In this document: positions 1 to 12,557 of the stretch, piece by piece | Layout of the letters: every line of letters begins with the position of its first letter | Position numbering within the stretch: the first letter of the stretch is position 1 | DNA from: Octopus vulgaris | Lineage: Eukaryota | Assembly (NCBI GenBank): GCA_951406725.2 | Contig: OX597818.1 | Span: 51,336,001 to 51,400,000, forward strand | Reading direction: 5' to 3' | DNA: 64,000 bases | Position numbers and translations under genes: made by a program | Notes under the pieces: generated by a model | Seen by the model: only the letters and a program-made list of their open reading frames with translations | Database searches by the model: none | What the model was told of the DNA's origin: nothing

Positions 1-129
1 TCAAAATTAGCTTAAGACCACATTTTAGTAAATTCATTTGCATTTAGTTAGTGCATTCCAGTAGAAAAGTGAAAATCTTGCATGTATTTTTAAATGATTG
101 TACTTACAAGCTGTCTTTTATATTTTCAG

Positions 130-224
130 TCCATGTCATAGTGGCCACTCCTGGGAGAATTCTCGATTTACTGAATAAAAATGTAGTCAAAAGCAGTAAA
201 TGTAGTATGCTTGTACTGGATGAA
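130..224 (+). CDS. DDX6: DDX6/Me31B helicase internal exon ([32 protein letters not shown])
   Basis: ttttcag acceptor, gtaagt donor; contains motif Ib (TPGR) and the first half of motif II; upstream exons lie outside the window. Confidence 0.95.
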
Positions 225-316
225 GTAAGTTTTTTTTTTCATTTTTCTCTCCCCCCGTATATTTATACATTTATCAATATATTATAGTTATACAAATTTT
301 TCATTTTTTCTTACAG

Positions 317-439
317 GGAGACAAACTATTATCTCAAGATTTCAAAGACATGTTAGACTCTATAATAAACCATTTGCCAGGAGACAGACAAGTCTTGCTT
401 TATTCAGCAACTTTCCCAGTTTCTGTGCAGCATTTTATG
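317..439 (+). CDS. DDX6: DDX6 exon ([41 protein letters not shown])
   Basis: ttacag acceptor, gtatgt donor, 123 nt in phase 0; DKLLSQDF and motif III (SAT) typical of DDX6; not in the ORF track. Confidence 0.95.
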
Positions 440-738
440 GTATGTATGTTTAAATTGACTATATAATTAGTGCAAAGATATTTTTAATGTGTTGCAGTAG
501 CAACTGAACATGAACTAAACCCTATTTGTGAGCCCATGTAAGGTGGCCAAAAGTTTGCATTTGTAAATGTCTAAATATGGAAATTATATGAAGTTGGATT
601 TTTTTTCTTTTAATAATTGATACCATACATCAGTTTGGAATGAGATAATACACTGAAGAAAGGTTTAATCCCACTCAGATTTTATGAAACTCGCATGTGG
701 TTAGCATAACTGAATTATCAGTTTCAATGAGAATTAAG

Positions 739-1406
739 GGATCTTTTCGGTTTGAACGTCAGTTTTTTAAAAATAATTTCCACGTAACTAAACACTTTTA
801 AACTTCGTATACTGGTAGAATCATCATCGTTTAGCGTCCGTTTTCCATGCTAGCATGGGTTGGTCGGTTCTACTGGGGTCTGTGAAGCCAGAAGGCTTCA
901 TCAGGCCCAGTCAAATCTGGCAGTGTTTCTACGGCTGGATGCCCTTCCTAACGCCAACCACTCCGAGAGTGTAGTGGGTGCTTTTTACGTGCCACCCGCA
1001 CAGGTGCCAGACAGAGCTGGCAAACGGCCACGAACGGATGGTGCTTTTTATGTGCCACCGGCACGAGGGCCAGGCGAGGCTGTGTTTATAAAACATCTTT
1101 TTCTCTTAGCTTTGAGAAAATTCTATAGTTTGTAAGATATTTGTTGTTTTTTTTCTTCAATTTCTGCAATTTCAACCAATCAATGACGTCCATTTGGGGT
1201 GAAACCATTCTGTGCCGTATGAATATGTCCTTCGTTTAAGAAACAGATTGAGTTTATTTACATTTCTGAAGAAAAAAGATACCCTTCCCCCCACCCCTAA
1301 CCCTAAAGCAGATTGAAATGCAATAGATCGATACTAGGGTCATAATTATGGGTGACAATTTCATGACACCGCTAGAAAAAAACTGCCGTTCAAACCGAAA
1401 AGATCC
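739..1406. mobile_element. MITE with ~28-bp TIRs (ggatcttttcggtttgaacg...) carrying a nested SINE at ~821-1080
   Basis: Terminal inverted repeats; near-perfect 8-bp TSD gaattaag/aaattaag. Confidence 0.8.
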
Positions 1407-1538
1407 AAATTAAGTTCTGGGCAATATGTTGAATTGTTTTACAGTCAAATTGGTTGCTGAAGAATTAAAGCCATTTGAGAAATGGATACAAATATTTTGA
1501 GTCTATGCAATAAATATTTACTTCTAATTTTTTAACAG

Positions 1539-1667
1539 CGAAAACATTTGAATAATCCATACGAAATAAATCTAATGGAGGAACTTACCTTAAAAGGTGT
1601 GACTCAGTATTATGCCTATGTAAGAGAAAAACAGAAGGTTCATTGTTTAAATACACTATTCTCAAAG
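1539..1667 (+). CDS. DDX6: DDX6 exon (RKHLNNPYEINLMEELTLKGVTQYYAYVREKQKVHCLNTLFSK)
   Basis: aacag acceptor, gtaagt donor, 129 nt; PYEINLMEELTLKGVTQYYA is a DDX6-family signature. Confidence 0.97.
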
Positions 1668-2160
1668 GTAAGTACAACTGCTTTATGGATTCAAAACTTA
1701 GAAAAAATTTCTGTATTGTATCAGTCTATAAGCATAAAATTTATTTTGGATTATTTGCTTTATCCCTTGATAAAACAGAAAAAAAAAAACTGGTCTTGAA
1801 TTTCTGCTTTTCCCTAAGCTAGCTTTTCTTCATTTTGAATTAACCTGAAATAAGCATTAATTACATTTAACGGTAATCTGAAAGCTAAAGGGTGTAATTG
1901 TTATGTGCAGCTTCCAAAAGCAATGAACAGATGAGCCTATTCCTTTCATAGGGTTGCAGAATACTGACTGGATGACTTTGTAGTAAATGTTTCAAATTCA
2001 GCCTGCTGAGATGGAATTTTCCAAATGTCATCCTTCTTCAGTTGCTAAATCTAGTGGGATAGTTGGGGAGATGGACTTAGATTGAAACTCATTCCTGTTG
2101 GTAGGACAAGATATCTTTGTAAATTCTCTTGACAATTATCTTTCTCTTAGTATGTTACCA

Positions 2161-2472
2161 TCAACATCATCATTTAACGTCCGCTTTCCATGCTAGCATG
2201 GGTTGGACGATTTGACTGAGGTCTGGTGAACCAGACTACAATCTGATCTGGCTGTTTCTACAGCTGGATGCTCTTCCTAATGCCAACCACTCCGAGAGTG
2301 TAGTGGGTGCTTTTACGTGCCACCGGCACAAGGGCCAGTCAGGTGGTACTGACAACGACCATGCCCAAATGGTGCTTATGTGCCACCTGCACAGGAGCCA
2401 GTCCAGCAGCACTGGCAACGACCTTGCTCAAATGTTTCACGTGCCACCAGCACAAGTGCTAGTAAGGCGACG
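2161..2472 (-). mobile_element. (GAT)n-tailed SINE, family C
   Basis: Shared core gttggcgttaggaagggcatccagc...ccaacccatgctagcatggaaagcggacgttaaa(gat)n; many copies across the window. Confidence 0.85.
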
Positions 2473-3289
2473 TTGTACAGAGTTTTGAAATGTACTTGGT
2501 ACAATTTGCTGAAGCTTAGATTCTGTCAATTTAGCTTTTAGCTCTTTGCTAGTTATTTCTCATAACACCTAATGTAACTTGATGGAAAATGCTTTCATAT
2601 TGCAAATAATTTTAATCAGAATTGTTCAAGTTTTGGCATTTCTCATTGATTGGAATGAAATTTAAACTTTACCTGTAAAGATTTTTGACTTGGTGAAATC
2701 TTCCTTAAATTAGATTTGGTCTTAAAAAGAAAATGTCTGTGGCCTATCAATGTGTATTAAAAAAAAATTGTGCAATATTTGATTGATAGGTAATTTTTGT
2801 AATTGCAAAGGTTTTTCAATGGTTACAGTGAATCTTAAAATATGTAAAATGTACCTCCCTTTCCCTTCTGTTCTACAAATTCATTTATTGCTCAATGTAC
2901 AATATTCGTGATTTGGCATCATTAACGTCTGTTTTTGCATACTGGCATGGGTTTGACTGAAAGCTGGGGAGCTGCACCAGTTTTATCTGATTTGGCATAG
3001 TTTCTACAGCTAGATTTCCTTTGTAATGCCAACCACTCCAAGAGTGTAGTGGGTTTTTATGCACCACTGGCATTGCCCCCGACTACAGTCTCGCTTGTTG
3101 CTACCTTCATGAGGTCCAAAGTTTGAAGGGTTCTTTTTACATGCTACTGACACTGGAGCCAGATATGCGACACTGGCATACAGCATATTGCCCAACATTT
3201 GAAGGTGCTTTTTGTGTGTCACTAGCATGAGTGCCACTTATGACACTGGCATTGCCACTACTGAAATTTCACTTGGCTTGATGAGGCTT

Positions 3290-3760
3290 AAGCACAGCAT
3301 ATTGCCAAAGGTTTCTGCCACTGAGGCCCAACATTAGAAGATCACACTTCATCACCTCATGTCATATCTTCCTGAGTCTACCTCTTCCACAGAGATCAGC
3401 ACCTCGCACAACTGTCCTCATCCATACACATTACAGGGCCATACCAGTGTAGTGATCTCTTATGCCCAATTTTTCTCTTGAGACACACAGACATTGCCTA
3501 CTAGCTTCATTTCTTTTAAGCCTTCACATGTCCTTGGTGGTCACAACTCGTGTTTCACTGCTGTGTAGCATGATTGTTTGCACTTGGCATCGTATAATCT
3601 GCCTTTCACTTTGAGGTGGAGATCCTTTGTTACCAACAAGTGGAAGCTCTCTGAACTTTGCCCAGCCTATTCTCATTCTAGCAGCTATTCTCTTGGAGTC
3701 TTCGACCTTTGCTACTGACTTGGTCACCGAGGTAATGGAAGTTATCAACTAGTTTTCCTT
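3290..3760 (-). mobile_element. Degenerate RTE-clade LINE ORF2 3' fragment
   Basis: Translation includes ARMRIGWAKFRELP and MLHSSET (cf. LLYGSETW), typical of the RTE C-terminus; frameshifted. Confidence 0.6.
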
Positions 3761-6700
3761 CCTGGCATTTGGTCTATTTTCTGTACATAGTGTTAATTGT
3801 ACATGTGCACCTTCTGCACACACACACACACACACACATACACACAAACCATTTTCCCTTCCCCTGATATTGCTGCACCTCTTATGTGACCATATTTTAC
3901 ACTGGGTACATCTTATGGAAGCAATTATCTTTTTAAACGTTTCTCATGTTTTCAAACTTAATGATCAAAATGGGATAATTTCCCTTAGGCTTTATACAAT
4001 AGTTTGACATTGAAAGGGATTTACAGTTTTAGAAACTGTAAATTAACTGCCTATACTTAGATTATATAGGCTTTGGAGTATGATCCTAGAAACATTTGCT
4101 TAGAACCAGGGATTTTGATAGGACTGCTCCTTTACTCGAAGCTAAGTTGAATATACCTTTGGAAATTTTAGTTTAGGCTTAAGCTTAAATTGTTTACCGT
4201 CTGCTTTCCATGCTAGCATGGGTTGGACGATTTGACTGAGCTCTGGTGAACCAGATGGCTGCGCCAGGCTCCAATCTGATCTGGCAGTTTCTACAGCTGG
4301 ATGCCTTTCCTAATGCCAACCACTCCAAGAGTGTAGTGGGTGCTTTTACGTGCCACCGGCATGAGGGCCAGTTTGGTGGTACTGGCAACAGCCATGCTCA
4401 AGTGGTGCTTTTTATGTGCCACCTGCACAGGAGCCAGTCCAGTGGCACTGGCAATGCCCTTGCTCGAATGTTTTTTCATGTGATATCATAAATGTTTAAA
4501 TGCTGATCTGTCTGCTTCCAGAGGTATATTCTCTATAGAGTGGACACAGTTTTAAGTCACTAAACTTACTGCATACCTGTCCATAGGAAACTGGCCCATT
4601 CAGATCATGAAACAGTCTTAAGTTGCTTAATATGCTGTATTAAGCTATTTGACACTTTCTTCTTACCTTCTTTCATTCAAACTATACCTTTACCAAAAAT
4701 AAAGCTTTTATGCATAACAAAGATTTTAATTCTACATCGGTAAACTTGCCATTAGGCATCTAATTGAATATGTCTACAAATTTTACTTGCAAAAATTTCT
4801 GGTTGATGTTTTGCACTTTCTGTACAAGTTTAGGAGTGTTTTATAGAAAGCCAACTAATTTCTTTAATTTGCTGTATCCTAATTTAATATGAATTTTTCC
4901 TGAAACTGCCTGTCTTAAATATCTTAAGCTAAAATTTCTATCAAAATCTTGTACAACTGAAACCATTCTCCTATGTACCAATATATAAAGCTAGATGGTT
5001 TAAAACCTTTTGATTGCATTACCTTGTTTCAGTTGAATGTGAAACTGGTTGGAAGTTGTTCCATTAATTTTTAATCTTGGACAAGAGCACCAGTGATAAT
5101 TAACAATGTTGGGATGATGGGATTTTTTAAGAATCATAACTGATCAGATAAGCACATGAAAAAGCACGGTTAAAAAGCTACAAAGACATGGGTTGGCTGT
5201 GGTTTCGGGGATATTTCAGTCTGAAGTGGAATGTGACAGGGTTTACCTTTTTTATGGATGACCTGTGAACAATTGTGGACTTGAAATTTAGAGAAGACAG
5301 CAGGAGTAGGTTGAGAATGGGGTTGCAACATAGTCCCTATGTTCTAGTTCTGGGACTAGCATAGCTAGAAAAGTTTCAGTGGTGAGAGTAATGAAGTTTG
5401 GGGAAAGCGAGAGGGTTAGTTGGGTGATGTATTAAAGGCAGTGGAATGTTTGAAGAAAGATTTGTGATTGGGAATTACAAGGAGGAAAACATATAGAGGG
5501 ACATAAAATGAGTGTTAGGGGATAATTGGAGACTAAGTTGTAGTTTAAATCTTTGCTCAGTGCTGGTGGCATTTAAAGAGCACCATCCAAATGTGGCCAA
5601 TACCAGTGGCCCCTGACTGGCTCCCATGCCAGTGACACGTAAAAAGCACTATCCAAACGTGATCGATGCCAGACCTGCCTGACTAGCTCCTGTGCTGGTG
5701 GCACGTAAAAAGTACCCACTACACTCTCGGAGTGGTTGGCATAAGGAAATGCATCTAGCTGTGGAAACATTGCCAGAACAGATTGGAGCCTAGTGCAGCT
5801 CCTGGCTTTCCAGACCTTAGTCCATTCCAGCATAGAAAATGGATCTTAAATGAGGAATAGCTAATTTTAATTATAGAAATACAGGATAGGAGAAAGTGTT
5901 TGGGTTCCATGTAAGTGATGACCTGGCCATTTTGTTAGGGTCAATGGAATGGTTAGTAATGTTAGTGTGTGAACAGTTAACTGGTTGATAGGTAGATAGG
6001 AATACACCAGGTGTCTACTAGGTGTACCATGTGATGGAGGTACTGGTTCAAAGCATATAGGGTTTACCATGGTGATTTCTGGTGTTAATGGTTTGGTTAG
6101 TGGTTGGATAGGCAAGAATGTATGGAGGCAAAATGTAGGTGGAAAGGGAATAAGTACTTAAATATATTCTGAGCTGAAGTGACTATAGTGTTGGAATGAA
6201 CTCTTAAATGTACAATGTGCCAAGTGTGATTGCTGAGAAAGAAGTGGTGTGAGGGGATTAATTGTGGTAGTTGAAGTATAAAGGGAAGTATAATGCTGAG
6301 CTAGATCTTGGGAATGGTGTGAAAATGCATCCCTGGTGGATCGATCTTGGCAACAGTAGTTAGTGAGATGCATGTGGAAGTTAGAGCTGAAAGGCATACT
6401 AATGAGGAAGGGAAGTGCCACTGAAAAGATGTGTGGGTGGAGCAACATGAAAGGCTGGGTAGAATGGTAAATGAGAATGTTTCAGTGAATAAACAGAGCC
6501 TTCCTGAGAAGACATGTAGTTCAGAAGAATGATAGGAAGAGACGGTGATGGATGTTGTGAAGAGGAATCTGAGATGACTGGGTTGTAAGATGGGGAATTA
6601 TGAAAGTGAATGTAGAAGTTGAAGACTCAAGATGTGGCTACAAGTGTTGGAGGAAATGAGGATTAGTGAAAAAGAATAGGGGTGAAATGGAGAACTCGTG

Positions 6701-6880
6701 AAGCTTGCAAGGCTGGCCTCTTATAAGAAGGAAAATGGCCTTAAAATACATGACAATATCCACTTGGATGTTGTCATGAAAGGGTTACGGTATATTATTT
6801 TATGTATGTGTAGTGAATATTACATGTTACCATATGTTTTCTTCAGAAAAATTAATCCATTTTTATTTTTATGTAATCAG

Positions 6881-7061
6881 TTACAGATAAACCAGTCCAT
6901 TATATTTTGTAATACGGCTCAAAGAGTAGAATTGTTAGCCAAAAAGATTACAGAACTTGGTTATTCTTGTTTCTATATTCATTCAAAAATGAATCAACAA
7001 CACAGAAACAGAGTTTTTCATGATTTTCGTCAGGGCCTTTGCAGGAATCTTGTCTGCTCAG
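6881..7061 (+). CDS. DDX6: DDX6 exon ([60 protein letters not shown])
   Basis: atcag acceptor, gtaagt donor; motif IV region closely matching DDX6. Confidence 0.97.
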
Positions 7062-8772
7062 GTAAGTAATTTCAAGGAAATATTGTCTTGGGCTTTTTCA
7101 TTACCAATTTGCTTGAATCCTATTTCTTCCATTTTTCCCAATCAGCTAACAGGAATCTTACGTTAATGAGTTCAATTGGTAAACATGTTATGTTTGTCAT
7201 TCTAATGTATATTGTAGTCCCTGAAATTTTCTCCAAACTACAAGGTTATCAAATATGCTTGTAATTGGTTTGGCAATCTCTCCTAAACTTATCTAAATTG
7301 CTCTATGTAGATACAAAAAAAACCACCTTTCACTCTCTTTAATACTGTCAGGTTGCAACCTAAACACTTTAAAAGTAATCTTATACTGATTTCATAAACG
7401 AGGATTTTTATGGGTTATAACTGCTTAAACAGATGAAATTGCAAATCTGAAGGAAACGTTTGTGCCTCACTGTCCAGTTATCAGCATACCATTAAAATCC
7501 TTAGTTGCTACATAGGCTGTTAATTTCTTGTCCCACAGACTGATGCCAAATTACCAAAACTGCAGTGGTAGTTCTCATTTACAGTTGTGAAATATCTTTA
7601 ACTGCTAGCCCTGGAATGCTAAATTACATGGAATTATATGCTTCTGCTACATGCAAAGCCAAGACTAGCTTAGTTTGTTTCTACTACTCCTAAATTGCTT
7701 ACTCTTTGTTATCCCTACAGTTGTCACCTTATGATCCTTTACTCAACATTCTTTACTCCCCAGAACTGCTACTGGGGATTCTTCTGCTTTATGCAACCCA
7801 TGGCCTACATATATTCAATCTAACTAGGTCATGGGAATTAGCCTTTAGCATCTAAACTGGCTAAATCCTGCCAAAATATTCTACTTGTTCAAACCAGCTA
7901 GATTGAGGTCTTTCATTTTTCAGTCATTTTAAAAATATACCTGATCAAAATCTTGAAGGTTCAAGATAAAGCCTGATTAATTCTCAAAAGTGAAATTGTA
8001 GTTGTGGACATTGTTGGAGGCACATAAAAAGCATCTTTTTAACATTGAGCCTCACAGAAGCAAGGGCAAATGACAGACCTTTTGACAATATGCTGTACTT
8101 GAGAAGACCCATCAAGCCAAGTGAAATAATAGTCGTGGCAGATACTGGTGTCATGCAAAAGCACCCATTACTCTCTTGGAGTGGTTGGTGTTAGGAAGGG
8201 CATCCAGCCATACAAAACCATGCCAAATCGGACTGGAGTCTGGTGCAGCCCCTCAGCTTACCAGCTCTGGTCAAACTAACCCATGCCACTTGGGTCAAAC
8301 TCAGATGTCCTACACAGCAGAAAAATGTGTTTGATGTTAACTACCTCAAATCAAATTAGACACTACTCCTGCTATACCAAGTTGGTGTAACTACCAGTTT
8401 TGTCAAAGCAAATTAGTGCTGCACTCACCTGGCAAATAAGATTAGTGGTTACTCCTGAGCTTGTAACTTTTTGGTTTGAATTATTGGTTTAGACCTTTGA
8501 CCTTAAATCAAATTGATTTAACAAGTTATCACTCACACCAGTTTTTTAAAATTCCAGGATTTCAGTAAATTTGCTAATCACATTTACTAATTTATATTTA
8601 ATTATCTAGTTTTCCTGTCTTAGGTGATTAAGTCACTTTCACATTTGAATGAGAGAATTTGTTATCTTAATTTGATAGTAAATTGTCTTCATCCTTTGAT
8701 GTCAAAGGATCTGGTCTATAGCAGTTTCACCAACTATATTGAATAGGTGGGGAAAATAGAACCTCTCTTCAA

Positions 8773-9143
8773 CGGCTGTGTGGTAAGTAGCTTGTTTACC
8801 AACCACATGGTTCCGGGTTCAATCCCACTGCTTGGCACATTGGGCAAGTGTCTTCTACTAAAGCCTCGGGCCGACCAAAGCCTTGAGTGGATTTGGTAGA
8901 TGGAAACCGAAAGAAGCCTGTCGTATATGCGTTTGTGTGTCTGTGTTTGTCCCCCTAGCATTGCTTGACAACCGATGCTGGTGTGTTTACGTCCCCGTTA
9001 CTTAGTGGTTCGGCAAAAGAGACCGATAGAATAAGTACTAGGCTTACAAAAGAATAAGTCCCGGGGTCGAGTTGCTCGATTAAAGGCGGTGCTCCAGCAT
9101 GGCCGCAGTCAAATGACTGAAACAAGTAAAAGAGTAAAGAGTA
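8773..9143 (+). mobile_element. tRNA-derived SINE, family A
   Basis: A-box-like ggctgtgtggtaa and B-box-like ggttcaatccc head, internal TA/TG microsatellite, tail caagtaaaagagtaaagag; many copies. Confidence 0.88.
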
Positions 9144-9577
9144 ATATGGAGTGTAGCTTTGCTTTTTTTTTTTTTTTTTTTTTTGAGCCTCACAAATATT
9201 CAATTAATATAGAATATTAATTATAAATAAACCAATTTTAAGATGTGAGATTTTGACTCATTTTTCGTAGGTACTTCGTTAATGGTGTTGATTTGGCACC
9301 TTGACTAAGTCGGTTGGGCTTTGGAGTGAGCGGTGGTGGTGAAACTCCGCTACTTGTTAAGCAGTACTTATGCTGCAGGACATCTTGCGTTGTTCTATCC
9401 AGTCTCTTATAGCTTCATCCATCCCAGTTATTGCATTATATCTCACTAACTGGTTTTAATCCTTTAACATTTAAACCAGCTGCACTTGGCCCAAATATTC
9501 CTATTTCATATTCAAAAAGGCCAGATCCAACCTCACTCCTACCCTACAATATCATTCTAAAAATAAACTCTCTAAAC

Positions 9578-9778
9578 CAGTGCTTTTCAAACTTTTTGCT
9601 GGAGCGGAACCCCAAGGAAACATTCCACTGGCTCGAGGAACCCCTGTGCAATAATTCAATAGTCTTATGCACACATATCTGCACAGGAGAATTAAAAATT
9701 ACTGCCGATTTTAGCAGTTTTGTAACTTCTTGCGGAACCCCTTGACTGTACTGGTGGAACCCTGGTTGAAAACCACTG
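9578..9778. mobile_element. hAT (Charlie-like) MITE
   Basis: cagtgcttttcaa...ttgaaaaccactg TIRs; 8-bp TSD ctctaaac/ttctaaac. Confidence 0.8.
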
Positions 9779-9969
9779 TTCTAAACAATCAGATATTTAA
9801 TTCAGAATGATGTGAATAAGCTTTCCATTTGACAGATTAATCCGAATGTTTGTGTATTGGAAGTTACTTTGCTAAAATAGTGCAATTATTTTCAATCTCT
9901 CGATTGTTGGGGATTTCAGTTTACAAACTTGGATGCGATTTGAAATGGGTTTAATTTTTTTTCTTTCAG

Positions 9970-10071
9970 ATTTGTTCACTAGAGGCATTGACATCCAGGC
10001 TGTGAATGTAGTAATAAACTTTGATTTTCCAAAATATTCAGAGACTTATTTACACAGAATTGGTAGATCTG
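9970..10071 (+). CDS. DDX6: DDX6 exon ([34 protein letters not shown])
   Basis: tttcag acceptor; motifs V (TRGID) and VI (HRIGR); gtagat donor assumed at 10072. Confidence 0.93.
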
Positions 10072-11489
10072 GTAGATATTGTCTTGCTTTTCATAAGTTT
10101 TTCATTGAAATCTTCCAAACCTTAATCACAATTTAAGTTCCTAACACTGGCTTAATAAGTTATTTTACTAAATTCTTTGTTAAATTTAAAATAATTGAAA
10201 GGTGCATATTAATACTATCTTACATTCAAGTTTTAATCATTTTGTATATTATGAAACCATTTGGCTTACAGAAATTATTTTAACCATTTAGCATTTCAAC
10301 TAGCCAAATCTGACCTAAAGGTGAAGTCTCATTGAAATCTTGAAGCTAAAGGATAATGCATGATGATCATCATTGCTTAACATCCGCTTTCCATGCTAGC
10401 ATGGGTTGGACGATTTGACTGAGAACTGGCGAACCAGATGGCTGCACCAGGCTTCAATCTTATCTGAATGTTTTTTTCATGTGCTGGTAACTATCACGAA
10501 TGGTGCTTCTTGCGTGCCACCGGCATGGAATCCAGTTAGCTGCTCTGGCAAAGATCACGCTCGGATGGTGCTCTTAGCGCTTCACTAGCACGGATGCCAG
10601 AAAAACAAATTAATGCATTTGACATGAATGCTGAAGGGTTAAAGTAATGGCCAAAATTGTGATTTTGCTGTGGCTGTTACTAAACAATTCAACTGTTAAG
10701 GTGCTAATATTTTTAGATGTAAGGAGGAAAATTTCACTTAACTGTATTGAATCAGATTTTTTATGTGAAATGTAATATTGCCAGTTGATCTTAGGTTTTA
10801 GTTTTAATATGTAGCCATATAGCATTTAAGCTGGTTATATCTGGCTTGAATATTCTGGTTTAGTCAAACCAACTGGATCAGACATCTCACCTATCTGCAA
10901 TGGCATTGTAAAAAATTATCAAATCTTGAAGCTGAGATAATGAATGATTAATTACAAAACATTAGACAATTATATTGAATGCTAATGGGTTGAGATGGTC
11001 TGTATATTTCAACTGAATTTGAGTATATTGTGAATCACATAGAAACATTTTGGTATGCTACTCACCATTTTGTCTGGCTTTTCATGCTGGCATGGGTTGA
11101 ACAGGTCATGGTCCAAGTCTTTATTGGAAACTGCTGTTCCCAATAAATAGGTTTAAACACTAGAGGTCTTGTCGCTTTGGCTTGGTTTCTACAGCTGGAT
11201 CTCCTTGTTACCAACCATTTTCTTTTGGCACCAACACTAAGACAAGACCATAGGGGCCTCATTAGGCCACTTTACTCTTGCTCAGTCACCAATCACTTTA
11301 GAGGATAGAAGGGGTGGGGTAAGGTAGGGTCTTTTCTAATTACATTTACCTTACAAGGGTGGAGTACGTTCTACGTTAAGTGTAGAGGATACTCTAACAA
11401 GCCTTGTACTTGGTTAATGTGATTGAGGTGGTTGACAGTTAGGCCAGGATGGAGAAGGAGTAAGAACAGCATAGTACATGATTAAAGTA

Positions 11490-11830
11490 TAGATCAACAT
11501 CAAATGGAAATTGTGGTTGCCATACCTGTGCTGGTGGCATGTAAAATGCACCATCCGTACATGGCCGATGCCAGTGCTGCCATGACTGGCTTCTGTGCCG
11601 GTGGCACGTAAAAAACACCAACCAATCGTGGCCGTTGCCAGCCTCCCCTGGCACGTAAAAAACACCCATTACACTCACAGTGGTTGGCGTTAGGAAGGGC
11701 ATCCAGCTGTAGAAACACTGCCAGATCAGACTTGAGCCTGGTGCAGCCTTCTGGCTTCCCAGACCCTGGTTGAACTGTCGAACCCATGCTAGCATGGAAA
11801 ACAGACGTTTAAACGATGATGATAATAATG
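11490..11830 (+). mobile_element. (GAT)n-tailed SINE, family C
   Basis: Family core, internal gtgccggtggcacgtaaaa units and gatgatgat tail. Confidence 0.85.
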
Positions 11831-12400
11831 AACAGCAGGGTTGGTCATAGTAGGACTAGGTAGGGGGACAAATAGAACTATCCAGATGAGTGTTGGATAG
11901 CATGGTGTAGTTTGTTACAGTCTCGTACACATAACTGGGTAAGGTGGCTGTTGGAAGGCCAGTTTTGTTGTTGGAGCATCACAGGTGATGAAATGAACTG
12001 GGAGATGGTGTGAATATTAGTAGGAAGGGGAACCAATACTCTATTAGATGGGCTTGGAGAAGGGTGAAGTTTGCTTACAGGCAGCACTTGTGGTGGAGTG
12101 TAAGAGATGGAGGATATGAGTAAGGGGTAGCAACAAATACAGGCCTGGCAGGATAGAAACACGTCCCAGCCTATAAAACTACCTCAATGCGAGTTTTGTT
12201 ATGAATGGTTAGTAGTCTGCAGTACCACATATTATTTCACAATGTTATGTTGCAAGACAAATCTGGAGTTGTTTTAAATTTTCTGTTAAATTATTTACGT
12301 TTTTGAATACAAGATACTGAAATTGTAAAGCTTTTTTAACCATTTCAGATAATACTTGGCTTTGTGTATTAGATACTGGAAATTTTTTTTTATGTTTCAG

Positions 12401-12557
12401 ATTCAATCTCTTCAAAGTGGAAGAAGAGCTAGGTACTGAAATCAAACCAATCCCGAAGATGATTGATAAAGCATTGTACGTTGCTGAATACCACATGGAA
12501 AAACCAGAAGATGGTCCTGAAGATGGCTGCAAACAGACTGGCCAAGTGTCAAAATAA
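12401..12557 (+). CDS. DDX6: DDX6 last coding exon ([52 protein letters not shown])
   Basis: poly-T/tttcag acceptor; [19 protein letters not shown] matches the DDX6 C-terminus; TAA at 12555-12557. Confidence 0.92.

Noticed and set aside
1294-1306. Telomere-like ccctaaccctaa
   Set aside because: Only two units, internal to a MITE
5850-6720. Strongly G/A-skewed stretch with minus-strand ORFs
   Set aside because: No recognisable motifs or splice structure; probably an old degenerate repeat
10072-10136. Read-through [21 protein letters not shown] after DDX6 motif VI
   Set aside because: Only GR and LIT resemble the expected peptide, the spacing is wrong and it ends in a stop; treated as intron
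11171-11200. gtcgctttggc could encode GRFG of the missing DDX6 exon
   Set aside because: No AG acceptor, the following codons do not match, and it lies in a SINE-derived segment (ttggtttctacagctggat)
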